15,008 nt of DNA from a virus (taxonomy: Duplodnaviria; Heunggongvirae; Uroviricota; Caudoviricetes). The notes below the pieces were generated by a model. That model did not search any database. It was not told where the DNA came from and was given only the letters and a program-made list of their open reading frames with translations. The DNA is taken from the IMG/VR virus record IMGVR_UViG_2703718837_000004, one strand, 5' to 3'. Of the stretch, positions 1 to 7,974 are shown piece by piece (position 1 is the stretch's first letter; the number at the start of each line of letters is the position of its first letter). A program made the translations under genes and the position numbers.

Positions 1-318
1 ATGAAAAAGATAGCTGCTATATCATTAATTAGTATTTTTCTTATATCTGGTTGTGCTGTGCATAATGATGAAACAAGTATCGGTAAATTTGGTCTTGCAT
101 ATAAAAGTAATATTCAGCGTAAACTCGATAACCAATACTACACCGAAGCCGAAGCTTCTTTAGCCAGGGGTAGAATATCTGGTGCAGAAAATATAGTAAA
201 AAATGATGCAGCCCATTTCTGTGTTACTCAGGGCAAAAAAATGCAGATAGTTGACCTGAAGACAGAAGGTGCAGGATTACATGGCGTCGCTCGTCTGACA
301 TTCAAATGTGGAGAGTGA
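1..318 (+). CDS. yegR: Small lipoprotein (105 aa), chromosomal flank of the prophage site
   Basis: Complete ORF with an N-terminal signal peptide and lipobox (…FLISGC, Cys18). Size and position next to a P2-type attachment locus opposite yegQ match E. coli yegR as recalled from the K-12 map; symbol not verified by search. Confidence 0.6.
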   Translation: MKKIAAISLISIFLISGCAVHNDETSIGKFGLAYKSNIQRKLDNQYYTEAEASLARGRISGAENIVKNDAAHFCVTQGKKMQIVDLKTEGAGLHGVARLTFKCGE

Positions 319-477
319 GAATATTTTTTGGTAAGCGTCAAATATGCGCGTTCTGGCTGTGCGTAGCCGGAACCTGTGGGAGCACGATGCCGATAAGTGA
401 AAGGCATCGTGCTATGAAGGAGGATTCTATCGATGTGGTCAATGGAAGACGGTTACCAGAGATAGGGCTTATGCATA

Positions 478-497
478 AAAAAATAAGCCCGTGTAAG
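478..497. repeat. Partial att core (20 nt, aaaaaataagcccgtgtaag), left copy
   Basis: Exact 20-nt direct repeat of 13476-13495. The sequences diverge after ...gtaag (cag here, gga at the right copy). Matches the first 20 nt of the 27-nt P2 att core as recalled. Confidence 0.75.
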
Positions 498-1836
498 CAG
501 TGCGACCAACAGCACGTCTGAAACGCTCGCCGCAACACCAAAAGCTGTTAAGACGGTAATGGATGAAGCGAACAAAAAAGCGCCATTAAACAGCCCTGCA
601 CTGACCGGAACGCCAACGACGCCAACTGCGCGACAGGGAACGAATAATACTCAGATCGCAAACACGGCTTTCGTTATGGCCGCGATTGCCGCCATTGTAG
701 ACTCGTCGCCTGACGCACTGAATACGCTGAACGAGCTGGCGGCGGCGCTGGGCAATGACCCGAATTTTGCTACCTCCATGACTAATGCGCTTGCGGGTAA
801 GCAACCGAAAGATGCCACTCTGACGGCGCTGGCGGGGCTTGCTACTGCGGCAGACAGCTTTCCGTATTTTACGGGGAATGATGTTGCCAGTTTGGCAACC
901 CTGACAAAAGTCGGGCGGGATATTCTGGCTAAAGCGACCATTGCTGCCGTTATCGAATACCTCGGTTTGCAGGAAACGGTAAACAGGGCCAGGAACGCGG
1001 TGCAAAAGAATGGCGATACCTTGTCCGGCGGGATTACTTTTGAAAACGACTCAATCCTTGCCTGGATTCGAAATACTGACTGGGCGAAGATTGGATTTAA
1101 AAATGATGCCGATGGTGACGCTGATTCATACATGTGGTTTGAAACGGGGGATAACGGCAATGAATATTTCAAATGGAGAAGCCGCCAGAGTACCACAACA
1201 AAAGACCTGATGACGCTGAAATGGGATGCACTAAATATTCTTGTTAATGCCGTCATTAATGGCTGTCTTGGAGTTGGTACGACGAATGCACTAGGTGGTA
1301 GCTCTATTGTCCTTGGTGATAATGATACCGGATTTAAACAGAATGGAGACGGTATTCTTGATGTTTATGCTAACAGTCAGCGTGTATTCCGTTTTCAGAA
1401 TGGAGTGGCTATTGCTTTTAAAAATATTCAGGCAGGGGATAGTAAAAAGTTCTCGCTATCCAGCTCTAACACATCCACGAAGAATATTACCTTTAATTTA
1501 TGGGGTGCTTCCAACCGTCCAGTGGTTGCAGAGTTAGGCGATGAGTCCGGATGGCATTTCTATAGCCAGCGAAATACAGATAACTCGGTAATATTTGCTG
1601 TTAACGGTCAGATGCAACCCAGCAACTGGGGGAATTTTGATTCCCGCTATGTGAAAGATGTTCGCCTGGGTACGCGAGTTGTTCAATTGATGGCGCGAGG
1701 TGGTCGTTATGAAAAAGCCGGACACACGATTACCGGATTAAGAATCATTGGTGAAGTAGATGGCGATGATGAGGCCATCTTCAGGCCGATACAAAAATAC
1801 ATCAATGGCACATGGTATAACGTTGCGCAGGTGTAA
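496..1836 (+). pseudogene. H: Tail fiber protein H, 5'-truncated fragment (C-terminal ~2/3 of a P2 H-like protein)
   Basis: Reading frame opens straight out of the att core. Translation from 496 reads SSATNSTSETLAATPKAVKTVMDEANKKAPLNSPALTGTPTTP…, which is a mid-protein tail fiber repeat, and continues to …INGTWYNVAQV with stop at 1834-1836. No N-terminal baseplate-attachment region and no native start or RBS; the ORF-track start at 559 is an internal Met. Confidence 0.8.
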
Positions 1837-1839
1837 GTA

Positions 1840-2367
1840 ATGCAGCATTTAAAGAACATTAAGTCAGGTAATCCAAAAACAAAAGAGCAATATCAGCTAA
1901 CAAAGAATTTTGATGTTATCTGGTTATGGTCCGAAGACGGAAAAAACTGGTATGAGGAAGTAAGTAATTTTCAGCCAGACACAATAAAGATTGTTTACGA
2001 TGAAAATAATATTATTGTCGCCATCACCAGAGATGCTTCAACGCTTAATCCTGAAGGTTTTAGCGTCGTTGAGGTTCCTGATATTACTGCCAACCGGCGT
2101 GCTGATGACTCAGGTAAATGGATGTTTAAGGATGGTGCCGTGATTAAGCGGATTTATACGGCAGACGAACAGCAGAAACTAGCGGAATTACATAAGGCAG
2201 CTTTGCTTTCCGAAGCTGAATCCGTAATTTTGCCGCTGGAGCGCGCTGTCAGGCTGAATATGGCAACAGGTGAGGAGCGCAGTCGACTGGATGCATGGGA
2301 ACGCTACAGCGTTCTGGTCAGTCGTGTGGACCCTTCAAATCCTGAATGGCCGGACATGCCGCAATAA
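1840..2367 (+). CDS. G: Tail fiber assembly chaperone (P2 gpG-like, 175 aa)
   Basis: ATG 4 nt after the H stop with an AGGTG RBS. Length and sequence ([10 protein letters not shown]…EWPDMPQ) match P2 G as recalled; position immediately downstream of H is conserved. Confidence 0.9.
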   Translation: MQHLKNIKSGNPKTKEQYQLTKNFDVIWLWSEDGKNWYEEVSNFQPDTIKIVYDENNIIVAITRDASTLNPEGFSVVEVPDITANRRADDSGKWMFKDGAVIKRIYTADEQQKLAELHKAALLSEAESVILPLERAVRLNMATGEERSRLDAWERYSVLVSRVDPSNPEWPDMPQ

Positions 2368-2751
2368 GTTGTATGATCTCTGGAGTGAGCTAACGTATCT
2401 ATGGTACAGAGTAAAGCCTAATCTGACAGTCCGCTCCGAGTCAACAGCGGGAGTTGGAGTGCCAGATACTATCTAAAAGTTGATGGTTTCTTTTGTAGGG
2501 ATACCTACAGGCGCATTTGCACTTGAACAGTCAGAAGAACTCGACGAGACCGGCGTCGGCCAGAAAATGGCGAAGCCCGCATTTTCTACGACCGTTTGCA
2601 GGAACACTCTTGGATGTTACGTATAATAGTATGGTAGACCAGAATGACCGACAGCTTAGTGCTCAGACGGTGTAAAAAGGGAACGTTGCTAACGTTAATT
2701 TGTGTGATTAGTTGAAGGAATACTTATGCTGGTAACTATTTTTACTATTAA

Positions 2752-2769
2752 GGCCCTTGCTTTAGGGCC
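2752..2769 (-). terminator. Weak candidate terminator downstream of the RT gene
   Basis: Hairpin GGCCC-N8-GGGCC lying about 20 nt past the RT stop; on the minus strand it is followed by a moderately U-rich tract (UUAAUAGUAAAAAUAG). Confidence 0.3.
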
Positions 2770-2789
2770 AAAACATTAACTTTCTAAGG

Positions 2790-3887
2790 CTAGGGTTTTA
2801 GCAGTGCATTAGAAATTTCATCAATAATCACTGAGTATTTGGTGATTTCGTTTTCGTGAAAACATCTGAATTTATCATTAAATTTTACTAATGATATTAA
2901 ATATGAACGATAACCAGCTAACTTATTAGAGAATTGTGAATTATAAAAATCCGTTACAAACTGATCTGCATTGTTATTATACTTGACAGTTGGTGATTTA
3001 ACAGAAAATACTTTTTTGCAAATATGCTCTTTAGAATATCCCTTTTTAAATTTATCTAGTGCTTTCCGTATTAAATACATTTTTCCATTAGATATTCTTA
3101 TACTCCCTCTCTCTCCCCCTCCATTTTTATTTTCTATTACATAGCCGTTTAGTGAGATTATGCCTTTCTTAAATATTTTTTTATGTTTGTTGAGGGACAG
3201 TCCTGCCGTATTGACAATAGTTGATATCTCGTTGTCAAAATGTTCACTTCCAAGAAGTTTGTCTTTCCCGGAGCTCGAAAAAAGCATATCATCAGCATAA
3301 CGAGTGTAAATGATGCTTCTTTTGTCACACAAACTTTTAATTAAAATATCTAACTTTCTGAAAATTATATTGGATATGAAAGGTGATGTGGCGAATCCCA
3401 TTGGAAATATTTTTTTCTTTTTATTGTTGACTACAATCTCAATAGATAAACTATTTAAAAATGCATCAATAACTTTGATTTTTTTATTTACCAGATATTC
3501 ATCTTCAAAGTAGGATTTGAAACACTCCCTTGCAAAGTTATAGTTTATGTTATGAAAAAAATTACATAAGTCAATTCGACAAAAGTTCTCACCATGGATA
3601 TGAGGTTCTAGAAAATTCAAATAGTTTAATTTTTTACGATAGGCAATTGCAGGTGAGCTAAGAGGAACTTTTACTAGGAAATTTTTTATAAGTCTTTCTT
3701 GTATTTTTTTATGCGGGGAGCTTTTTCTTATAGTGAAACATAATCTATTCTTTAATGAAATGCTTTTATAATCGTCATTGGAAATCTCAGGGACTCCGTG
3801 AGTCATAATAATATCATCGGAGAATGTTTCTCTTAGATAAAAATTTTTATAAAAATCATTGTTAATTTTATTAATTTTATGTTTCAT
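2790..3887 (-). CDS. Reverse transcriptase (defence-associated type; retron-like or Abi-P2-like), 365 aa
   Basis: RT motifs readable in the translation: motif A …CRIDLCNFFHNI, motif B …FPMGFATSPFISNIIF, motif C …YTRYADDMLF (YADD). AGGAAG RBS 7-8 nt upstream of the ATG. Same strand as, and 120 nt downstream of, the OLD-like gene. Confidence 0.8.
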   Translation of the reverse strand: MKHKINKINNDFYKNFYLRETFSDDIIMTHGVPEISNDDYKSISLKNRLCFTIRKSSPHKKIQERLIKNFLVKVPLSSPAIAYRKKLNYLNFLEPHIHGENFCRIDLCNFFHNINYNFARECFKSYFEDEYLVNKKIKVIDAFLNSLSIEIVVNNKKKKIFPMGFATSPFISNIIFRKLDILIKSLCDKRSIIYTRYADDMLFSSSGKDKLLGSEHFDNEISTIVNTAGLSLNKHKKIFKKGIISLNGYVIENKNGGGERGSIRISNGKMYLIRKALDKFKKGYSKEHICKKVFSVKSPTVKYNNNADQFVTDFYNSQFSNKLAGYRSYLISLVKFNDKFRCFHENEITKYSVIIDEISNALLKP

Positions 3888-3893
3888 GTAAAA

Positions 3894-4043
3894 GCTTCCT
3901 CTTCGATACCAATAACATCTTTACACCCCGTGAGGCTTAAAGCGGCTTAGCGGACGCAAGACAATCCGAGCTAGTGTTTGCTGGAGCAAGTGACGGCATG
4001 CGTCAGCTCATTTGAGCCCTCCAGCTTCTATCGAAGAAGAAGC
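3894..4043 (-). ncRNA. Candidate structured ncRNA (retron msr-msd-like) bracketed by a 15-nt inverted repeat
   Basis: Arms at 3894-3908 (gcttcctcttcgata) and 4029-4043 (tatcgaagaagaagc). In the minus-strand transcript they pair over 15 positions (14 Watson-Crick plus one G.U); on the plus strand that position would be a C.A mismatch. Nested stems: gctggag 3980-3986 with ctccagc 4019-4025, and tgacg 3991-3995 with cgtca 4001-4005. Local G+C is clearly higher than in the flanking AT-rich genes. The distal arm sits immediately 5' of the RT start and contains its RBS; the proximal arm overlaps the last codons of the ATPase gene. Confidence 0.3.
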
Positions 4044-6272
4044 ATGATCGATGATATGCGAAATTTCAGGAAAAGCCAAGCGGAATTTTTTTTCGACATT
4101 TTCTTTATCTAGGGCTGAATAATGATTAAGGCTAAAATCAATGAAGCTTGTAACCCATCCAGAAGTCTTTCCTATGTAAGAACTCATAAAAGAGAAATTT
4201 TCTGACTTTAATGCTTTGATATAATCCAATATATCTTGCCGTATCGGTTTTTGATCAATTTTATAATGCATTTCTATACTTACAAGAGTTTCTGTTTTGC
4301 CACTAAAAATAAGGCGCAAGATAGCAACTTGGTCTTTTACGTCGGGGATGGTTTTTTTAAACTCATCAATTATTTCTTTAGCATATCTAATTTTAATGAT
4401 TTTCAATAATCTCATGTGTCGCAATGGTAGGTTATGATTTGTTTCACATTTTGAAAGTATTTTGGGAAAAAGTTGTTTTGATTGGGTTTTAATATCGTAT
4501 TTTTGCAGCAGAGCATTAATCATTTTTACAGGGTTTTTATTATTTACATTAAAGCTTCTCATTACTATGTCAATGATCCATAAAGAGAATGTCTCTAAAG
4601 AGAATTCATTGATCAATGAGCCTTCTATCGTTGTAGAAGTATAATAAACATTATCTTTAGAGGATAAAAAATTAACTGCGCTTATAACTCTGCCTATACT
4701 GAAGTGTCTGAATTTTAGGCCATTTTCACTGAATGTTACTTTCCTTTCATCTTGGCTTAAAAGAAATTTTGCTGCGTTAAGAAAAGGTTTTTGGTATGTC
4801 GAAAAATAGTGTAGTTTATCTCTCTTAATGATTTTATTAATAATTGATTTCCCTTTCGAATTAAATTTAAATTGTTCATGTTCGAAGTCAACAACGGCAA
4901 TCTGATCAATATCCTTTACTACTAGAAATGGGATGGCTGCATTTGAGTAGCTGGGGTTTATATTTTTCAACATTACTTCATCGCAATCATACACATCTAA
5001 CCTTTTAAGTACTGGAAACAGCTTTTGCAGATTATAATTTCTAAACAATTCAACTTCTGTGGCGCCCTCTACAAATAGAATGTATTCACTAAAGAATAGA
5101 CGGGCCTCATTATCGCTAAGCATATTTATAAATCTAATGTCATTATATTTAGAGTTTAATTTTGAAATTTTGGTCGAGTTGTCACGTTCTTTTGAAAAAT
5201 GCAAAACCTGCTGTTTATGTAAGAAAGATTTTAGCGTGAGTTTTAGTAAACTCGGAGAATGAGTGCTAAATATAAGAGTTGGATATGGTGTTGAATATTT
5301 TCCAGGCTCAATTTCCTCATGGGTTTTATCATACTTTTTATATGTCAGGCTTATGTTCTCAATAAAGTTCTCGCTAAGTTTTGGATGTAGCCCAATTTCA
5401 GGTTCATCAATATATATAATTGGATTGATAAATTCTGTTCTTGTTAATGAAATTAATAGGCTAAGTATAATTTCAAGATATTTGTGAGAGTTCGTGCCAT
5501 CCGACTGAACATGTAGTTCTTCACCTTTATTTATGAAAATATCGCCATCTAAAACTATTTTTAGATAATTAACGACTTTATCTTTATAGGTGTAAGGTTT
5601 AGTATGGATTACATTTTCAACTCTTTCTATATACTTCTTGTAACTACCCCGCTTAGTTGATATTTTCTCATTCAAAAACTCAAGGAGTTCTTCTTTTTTT
5701 ATTTCAGAGAAATTAAAGGAATTTATACTGCTGAGCATTTTCCATATGCTATTCCAGTCGTATAAGTCAATGTGTCTGGTTTCAATATGGAAAAAAGGAA
5801 ATAGAGTTTTAATTAGATGCCGGGCATTTGGTGTGCTAATTGACCAAGTTACGGAGTCATCTTTAGAAATTGTGAGTGTAATGCTATAAGTGCTTTTTCT
5901 TTGGAAACCCAAAGGAGATATGAAAGGAAGACAGAATTTCTGCGGCTTTCGGATGAATGATTGTGGCTTAAATAAAGTGTTATAAATATGCTTGTGAAAG
6001 CGACCATTGTTATTAGGGTTCATTACAATTCTCTTTATTCTTGTTACATCATAAGTCAATGTTATTGACCCTGAAGGAGTATAACTAGAATGAAAATCAG
6101 GAGGTATTACTTTTATGTCGTCAAGTTTGTCGTAAAAATATTTCAATATTTTCATAAGATTGGATTTGCCAACATTATTCATCCCTACAATGCAATTTAC
6201 ATCCTCTAGGGAATTTATTATTACATCATTAAATGATAGTAAGTTTTTTATTCTTATGCTTTGCAAACCCAT
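4008..6272 (-). CDS. OLD-family ABC-type ATPase / Toprim nuclease-like protein, 754 aa
   Basis: Walker A GMNNVGKS (aa 30-37), Walker B/D-loop IIYIDEPEIGLHP (aa ~285-297), H-loop FSTHSP (aa ~335-340). Toprim signature follows: ILFVEGATE (aa ~398-406) and FLVVKDIDQ (DxD, aa ~449-457). About 200 aa of C-terminal extension. RBS AAGGAA upstream of the ATG. Confidence 0.8.
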   Translation of the reverse strand: MGLQSIRIKNLLSFNDVIINSLEDVNCIVGMNNVGKSNLMKILKYFYDKLDDIKVIPPDFHSSYTPSGSITLTYDVTRIKRIVMNPNNNGRFHKHIYNTLFKPQSFIRKPQKFCLPFISPLGFQRKSTYSITLTISKDDSVTWSISTPNARHLIKTLFPFFHIETRHIDLYDWNSIWKMLSSINSFNFSEIKKEELLEFLNEKISTKRGSYKKYIERVENVIHTKPYTYKDKVVNYLKIVLDGDIFINKGEELHVQSDGTNSHKYLEIILSLLISLTRTEFINPIIYIDEPEIGLHPKLSENFIENISLTYKKYDKTHEEIEPGKYSTPYPTLIFSTHSPSLLKLTLKSFLHKQQVLHFSKERDNSTKISKLNSKYNDIRFINMLSDNEARLFFSEYILFVEGATEVELFRNYNLQKLFPVLKRLDVYDCDEVMLKNINPSYSNAAIPFLVVKDIDQIAVVDFEHEQFKFNSKGKSIINKIIKRDKLHYFSTYQKPFLNAAKFLLSQDERKVTFSENGLKFRHFSIGRVISAVNFLSSKDNVYYTSTTIEGSLINEFSLETFSLWIIDIVMRSFNVNNKNPVKMINALLQKYDIKTQSKQLFPKILSKCETNHNLPLRHMRLLKIIKIRYAKEIIDEFKKTIPDVKDQVAILRLIFSGKTETLVSIEMHYKIDQKPIRQDILDYIKALKSENFSFMSSYIGKTSGWVTSFIDFSLNHYSALDKENVEKKFRLAFPEISHIIDHASSSIEAGGLK

Positions 6273-6376
6273 GGGAGCGATTCCTTATAAAAATAAAACC
6301 TTGTATTCCTATAATTCGAGTGATGTCTCAACGGACTATTCGGAACAACTTTGGTTTATATAGCTCAAGTTTTTAT

Positions 6377-6400
6377 TCATTATTATGCATGTAATAATGA
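6377..6400. promoter_or_regulatory. Palindrome in the presumptive cargo promoter region (tcattatta-tgcatg-taataatga)
   Basis: Perfect 9-bp inverted repeat with a 6-bp spacer, 105-128 bp upstream of the ATPase start in AT-rich DNA. Operator-like; no cognate regulator gene is visible. Confidence 0.25.
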
Positions 6401-6648
6401 ATTACAAGTTTTCATTTTGCTTGGAATCAATTTTTTCACTCAGGTAAAGTAATTTTTGCGAGTGACTGTATGATACGGTCTCAATAGTATTAGAGCTTGA
6501 ATTCAGAATTGCAGTGATGCTCATTGTGCGGCTACTTTCACTGTATGCCATCCATGTCTGTTTCTCGCTCAAAGCAGGCTGTCAGATTTGATAGCGTTTT
6601 GGCTACGTATTTTGTCAGTTGGAAATTGAGAGAGTGCAAATCAAGGCT

Positions 6649-6675
6649 GGCGGGCTGATTGCCCGCCTTTTCTTT
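6649..6675 (+). terminator. Rho-independent terminator between the cargo island and the FI promoter region
   Basis: Stem GGCGGGC (6649-6655), loop tgatt, GCCCGCC (6661-6667), then TTTTCTTT. Would stop read-through from the H-G transcript before the F operon. Confidence 0.6.
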
Positions 6676-6771
6676 ATCTGTTGTTTCATCCACTGGCCAG
6701 CCAGGTCAAATAGCGTCTCATGCTCTGCACAACAGAAAATAGTTGCACCCATTAACCACGGAGTTAAACGG
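6676..6771 (+). promoter_or_regulatory. Presumptive late promoter region for the F operon (P_F-like)
   Basis: Placed by position only: between the terminator and the FI RBS (GGAG at 6761-6764). TGT triplets at 6679-6684 lie at roughly -55 if transcription starts about 30-40 nt upstream of FI, but an exact TGT-N12-ACA Ogr box is not present. Confidence 0.3.
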
Positions 6772-7962
6772 ATGAGTGACTATCATCATGGCGTGCAGGT
6801 GCTGGAGATTAACGACGGCACCCGCGTCATTTCCACCGTATCCACTGCCATTGTCGGCATGGTCTGCACGGCCAGCGATGCGGATGCGGAAACCTTCCCC
6901 CTCAATAAACCGGTGTTGATTACCAATGTGCAGAGCGCAATTGCAAAGGCCGGTAAAAAAGGCTCGCTGGCGGCATCGTTGCAGGCCATCGCCGACCAGT
7001 CAAAACCGGTCACCGTTGTCGTGCGTGTGGAAGACGGCACCGGCGACGACGAGGAAACGAAACTTGCGCAGACCGTTTCCAATATCATCGGCACCACCGA
7101 CGAAAACGGTCAGTACACCGGACTGAAAGCCCTGCTGGCGGCGGAGTCGGTAACCGGTGTTAAACCGCGTATTCTCGGTGTGCCGGGACTGGATACCAAA
7201 GAGGTGGCTGTTGCACTAGCATCCGTCTGTCAGAAGCTGCGCGCTTTCGGATATATCAGCGCATGGGGCTGTAAGACCATTTCCGAGGTGAAAGCCTACC
7301 GCCAGAATTTCAGCCAGCGTGAGCTGATGGTCATCTGGCCGGATTTCCTCGCATGGGATACGGTCACCAGTACCACCGCCACCGCGTATGCCACCGCCCG
7401 TGCGCTGGGTCTGCGCGCTAAAATCGACCAGGAGCAGGGCTGGCATAAAACGCTGTCCAACGTCGGGGTAAACGGTGTTACCGGCATCAGCGCATCTGTA
7501 TTCTGGGATTTGCAGGAGTCCGGCACCGATGCTGACCTGTTGAACGAGTCTGGCGTCACAACGCTGATTCGCCGCGACGGTTTCCGCTTCTGGGGTAACC
7601 GTACCTGCTCTGATGACCCGCTGTTCCTCTTTGAAAACTACACCCGCACCGCGCAGGTGCTGGCCGACACGATGGCTGAGGCGCACATGTGGGCGGTGGA
7701 CAAGCCCATCACCGCAACGCTGATTCGCGACATCGTTGACGGCATCAATGCCAAATTCCGTGAGCTGAAAACAAACGGCTATATCGTGGATGCGACCTGC
7801 TGGTTCAGCGAAGAATCCAACGATGCGGAAACCCTCAAGGCCGGAAAACTGTATATCGACTACGACTATACCCCGGTGCCTCCTCTCGAAAACCTGACCC
7901 TGCGCCAGCGTATTACCGATAAATACCTGGCAAATCTGGTCACCTCGGTTAACAGCAATTAA
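6772..7962 (+). CDS. FI: Contractile tail sheath protein (P2 gpFI-like, 396 aa)
   Basis: Start set at ATG 6772 (MSDYHHGVQVLEIN…) with a GGAG RBS 7 nt upstream. The ORF-track start at 6619 would run through the upstream terminator. Sequence matches P2 FI as recalled. Confidence 0.9.
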   Translation: MSDYHHGVQVLEINDGTRVISTVSTAIVGMVCTASDADAETFPLNKPVLITNVQSAIAKAGKKGSLAASLQAIADQSKPVTVVVRVEDGTGDDEETKLAQTVSNIIGTTDENGQYTGLKALLAAESVTGVKPRILGVPGLDTKEVAVALASVCQKLRAFGYISAWGCKTISEVKAYRQNFSQRELMVIWPDFLAWDTVTSTTATAYATARALGLRAKIDQEQGWHKTLSNVGVNGVTGISASVFWDLQESGTDADLLNESGVTTLIRRDGFRFWGNRTCSDDPLFLFENYTRTAQVLADTMAEAHMWAVDKPITATLIRDIVDGINAKFRELKTNGYIVDATCWFSEESNDAETLKAGKLYIDYDYTPVPPLENLTLRQRITDKYLANLVTSVNSN

Positions 7963-7974
7963 GGAGCCTGACCG

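Larger units (their letters stand above)
2477..6648. other. AT-rich cargo island at the P2 Z/fun variable locus between G and FI
   Basis: Abrupt compositional shift by eye (cargo genes roughly 25-30% G+C versus about 50% for flanking tail genes). Both cargo genes are on the strand opposite to the tail operons. Bounded on the right by a plus-strand intrinsic terminator at 6649-6675. Confidence 0.7.

Noticed and set aside
306-541. ORFs 306-521 (+) and 338-541 (-) in the left junction
   Set aside because: They span the hairpin, att-arm-like repeat and att core; this is better explained as non-coding junction DNA.
559-1836. Tail fiber ORF treated as an intact gene starting at ATG 559
   Set aside because: The frame is open back to 487 inside the att core and the encoded sequence is mid-protein; the Met at 559 is internal, so it is called a truncated pseudogene.
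3310-6363. Small plus-strand ORFs inside the cargo island (3310-3513, 4462-4644, 5059-5262, 5263-5487, 6160-6363)
   Set aside because: They are antisense to the RT and ATPase genes, Ile/Leu/Phe/Lys-rich as expected from AT-rich antisense frames, and have no RBS; not a third component.
6678-6735. Possible Ogr-box dyad upstream of FI
   Set aside because: Only a 7-bp inverted repeat with a 44-bp spacer (ctgttgt…acaacag) is present; no exact TGT-N12-ACA element, so no specific activator site is called.
6619-6771. N-terminal extension of the FI ORF (track start at 6619, 447 aa)
   Set aside because: The extension runs through the intrinsic terminator at 6649-6675 and has no RBS; the ATG at 6772 has a GGAG RBS and gives the 396-aa MSDYHHG… protein.
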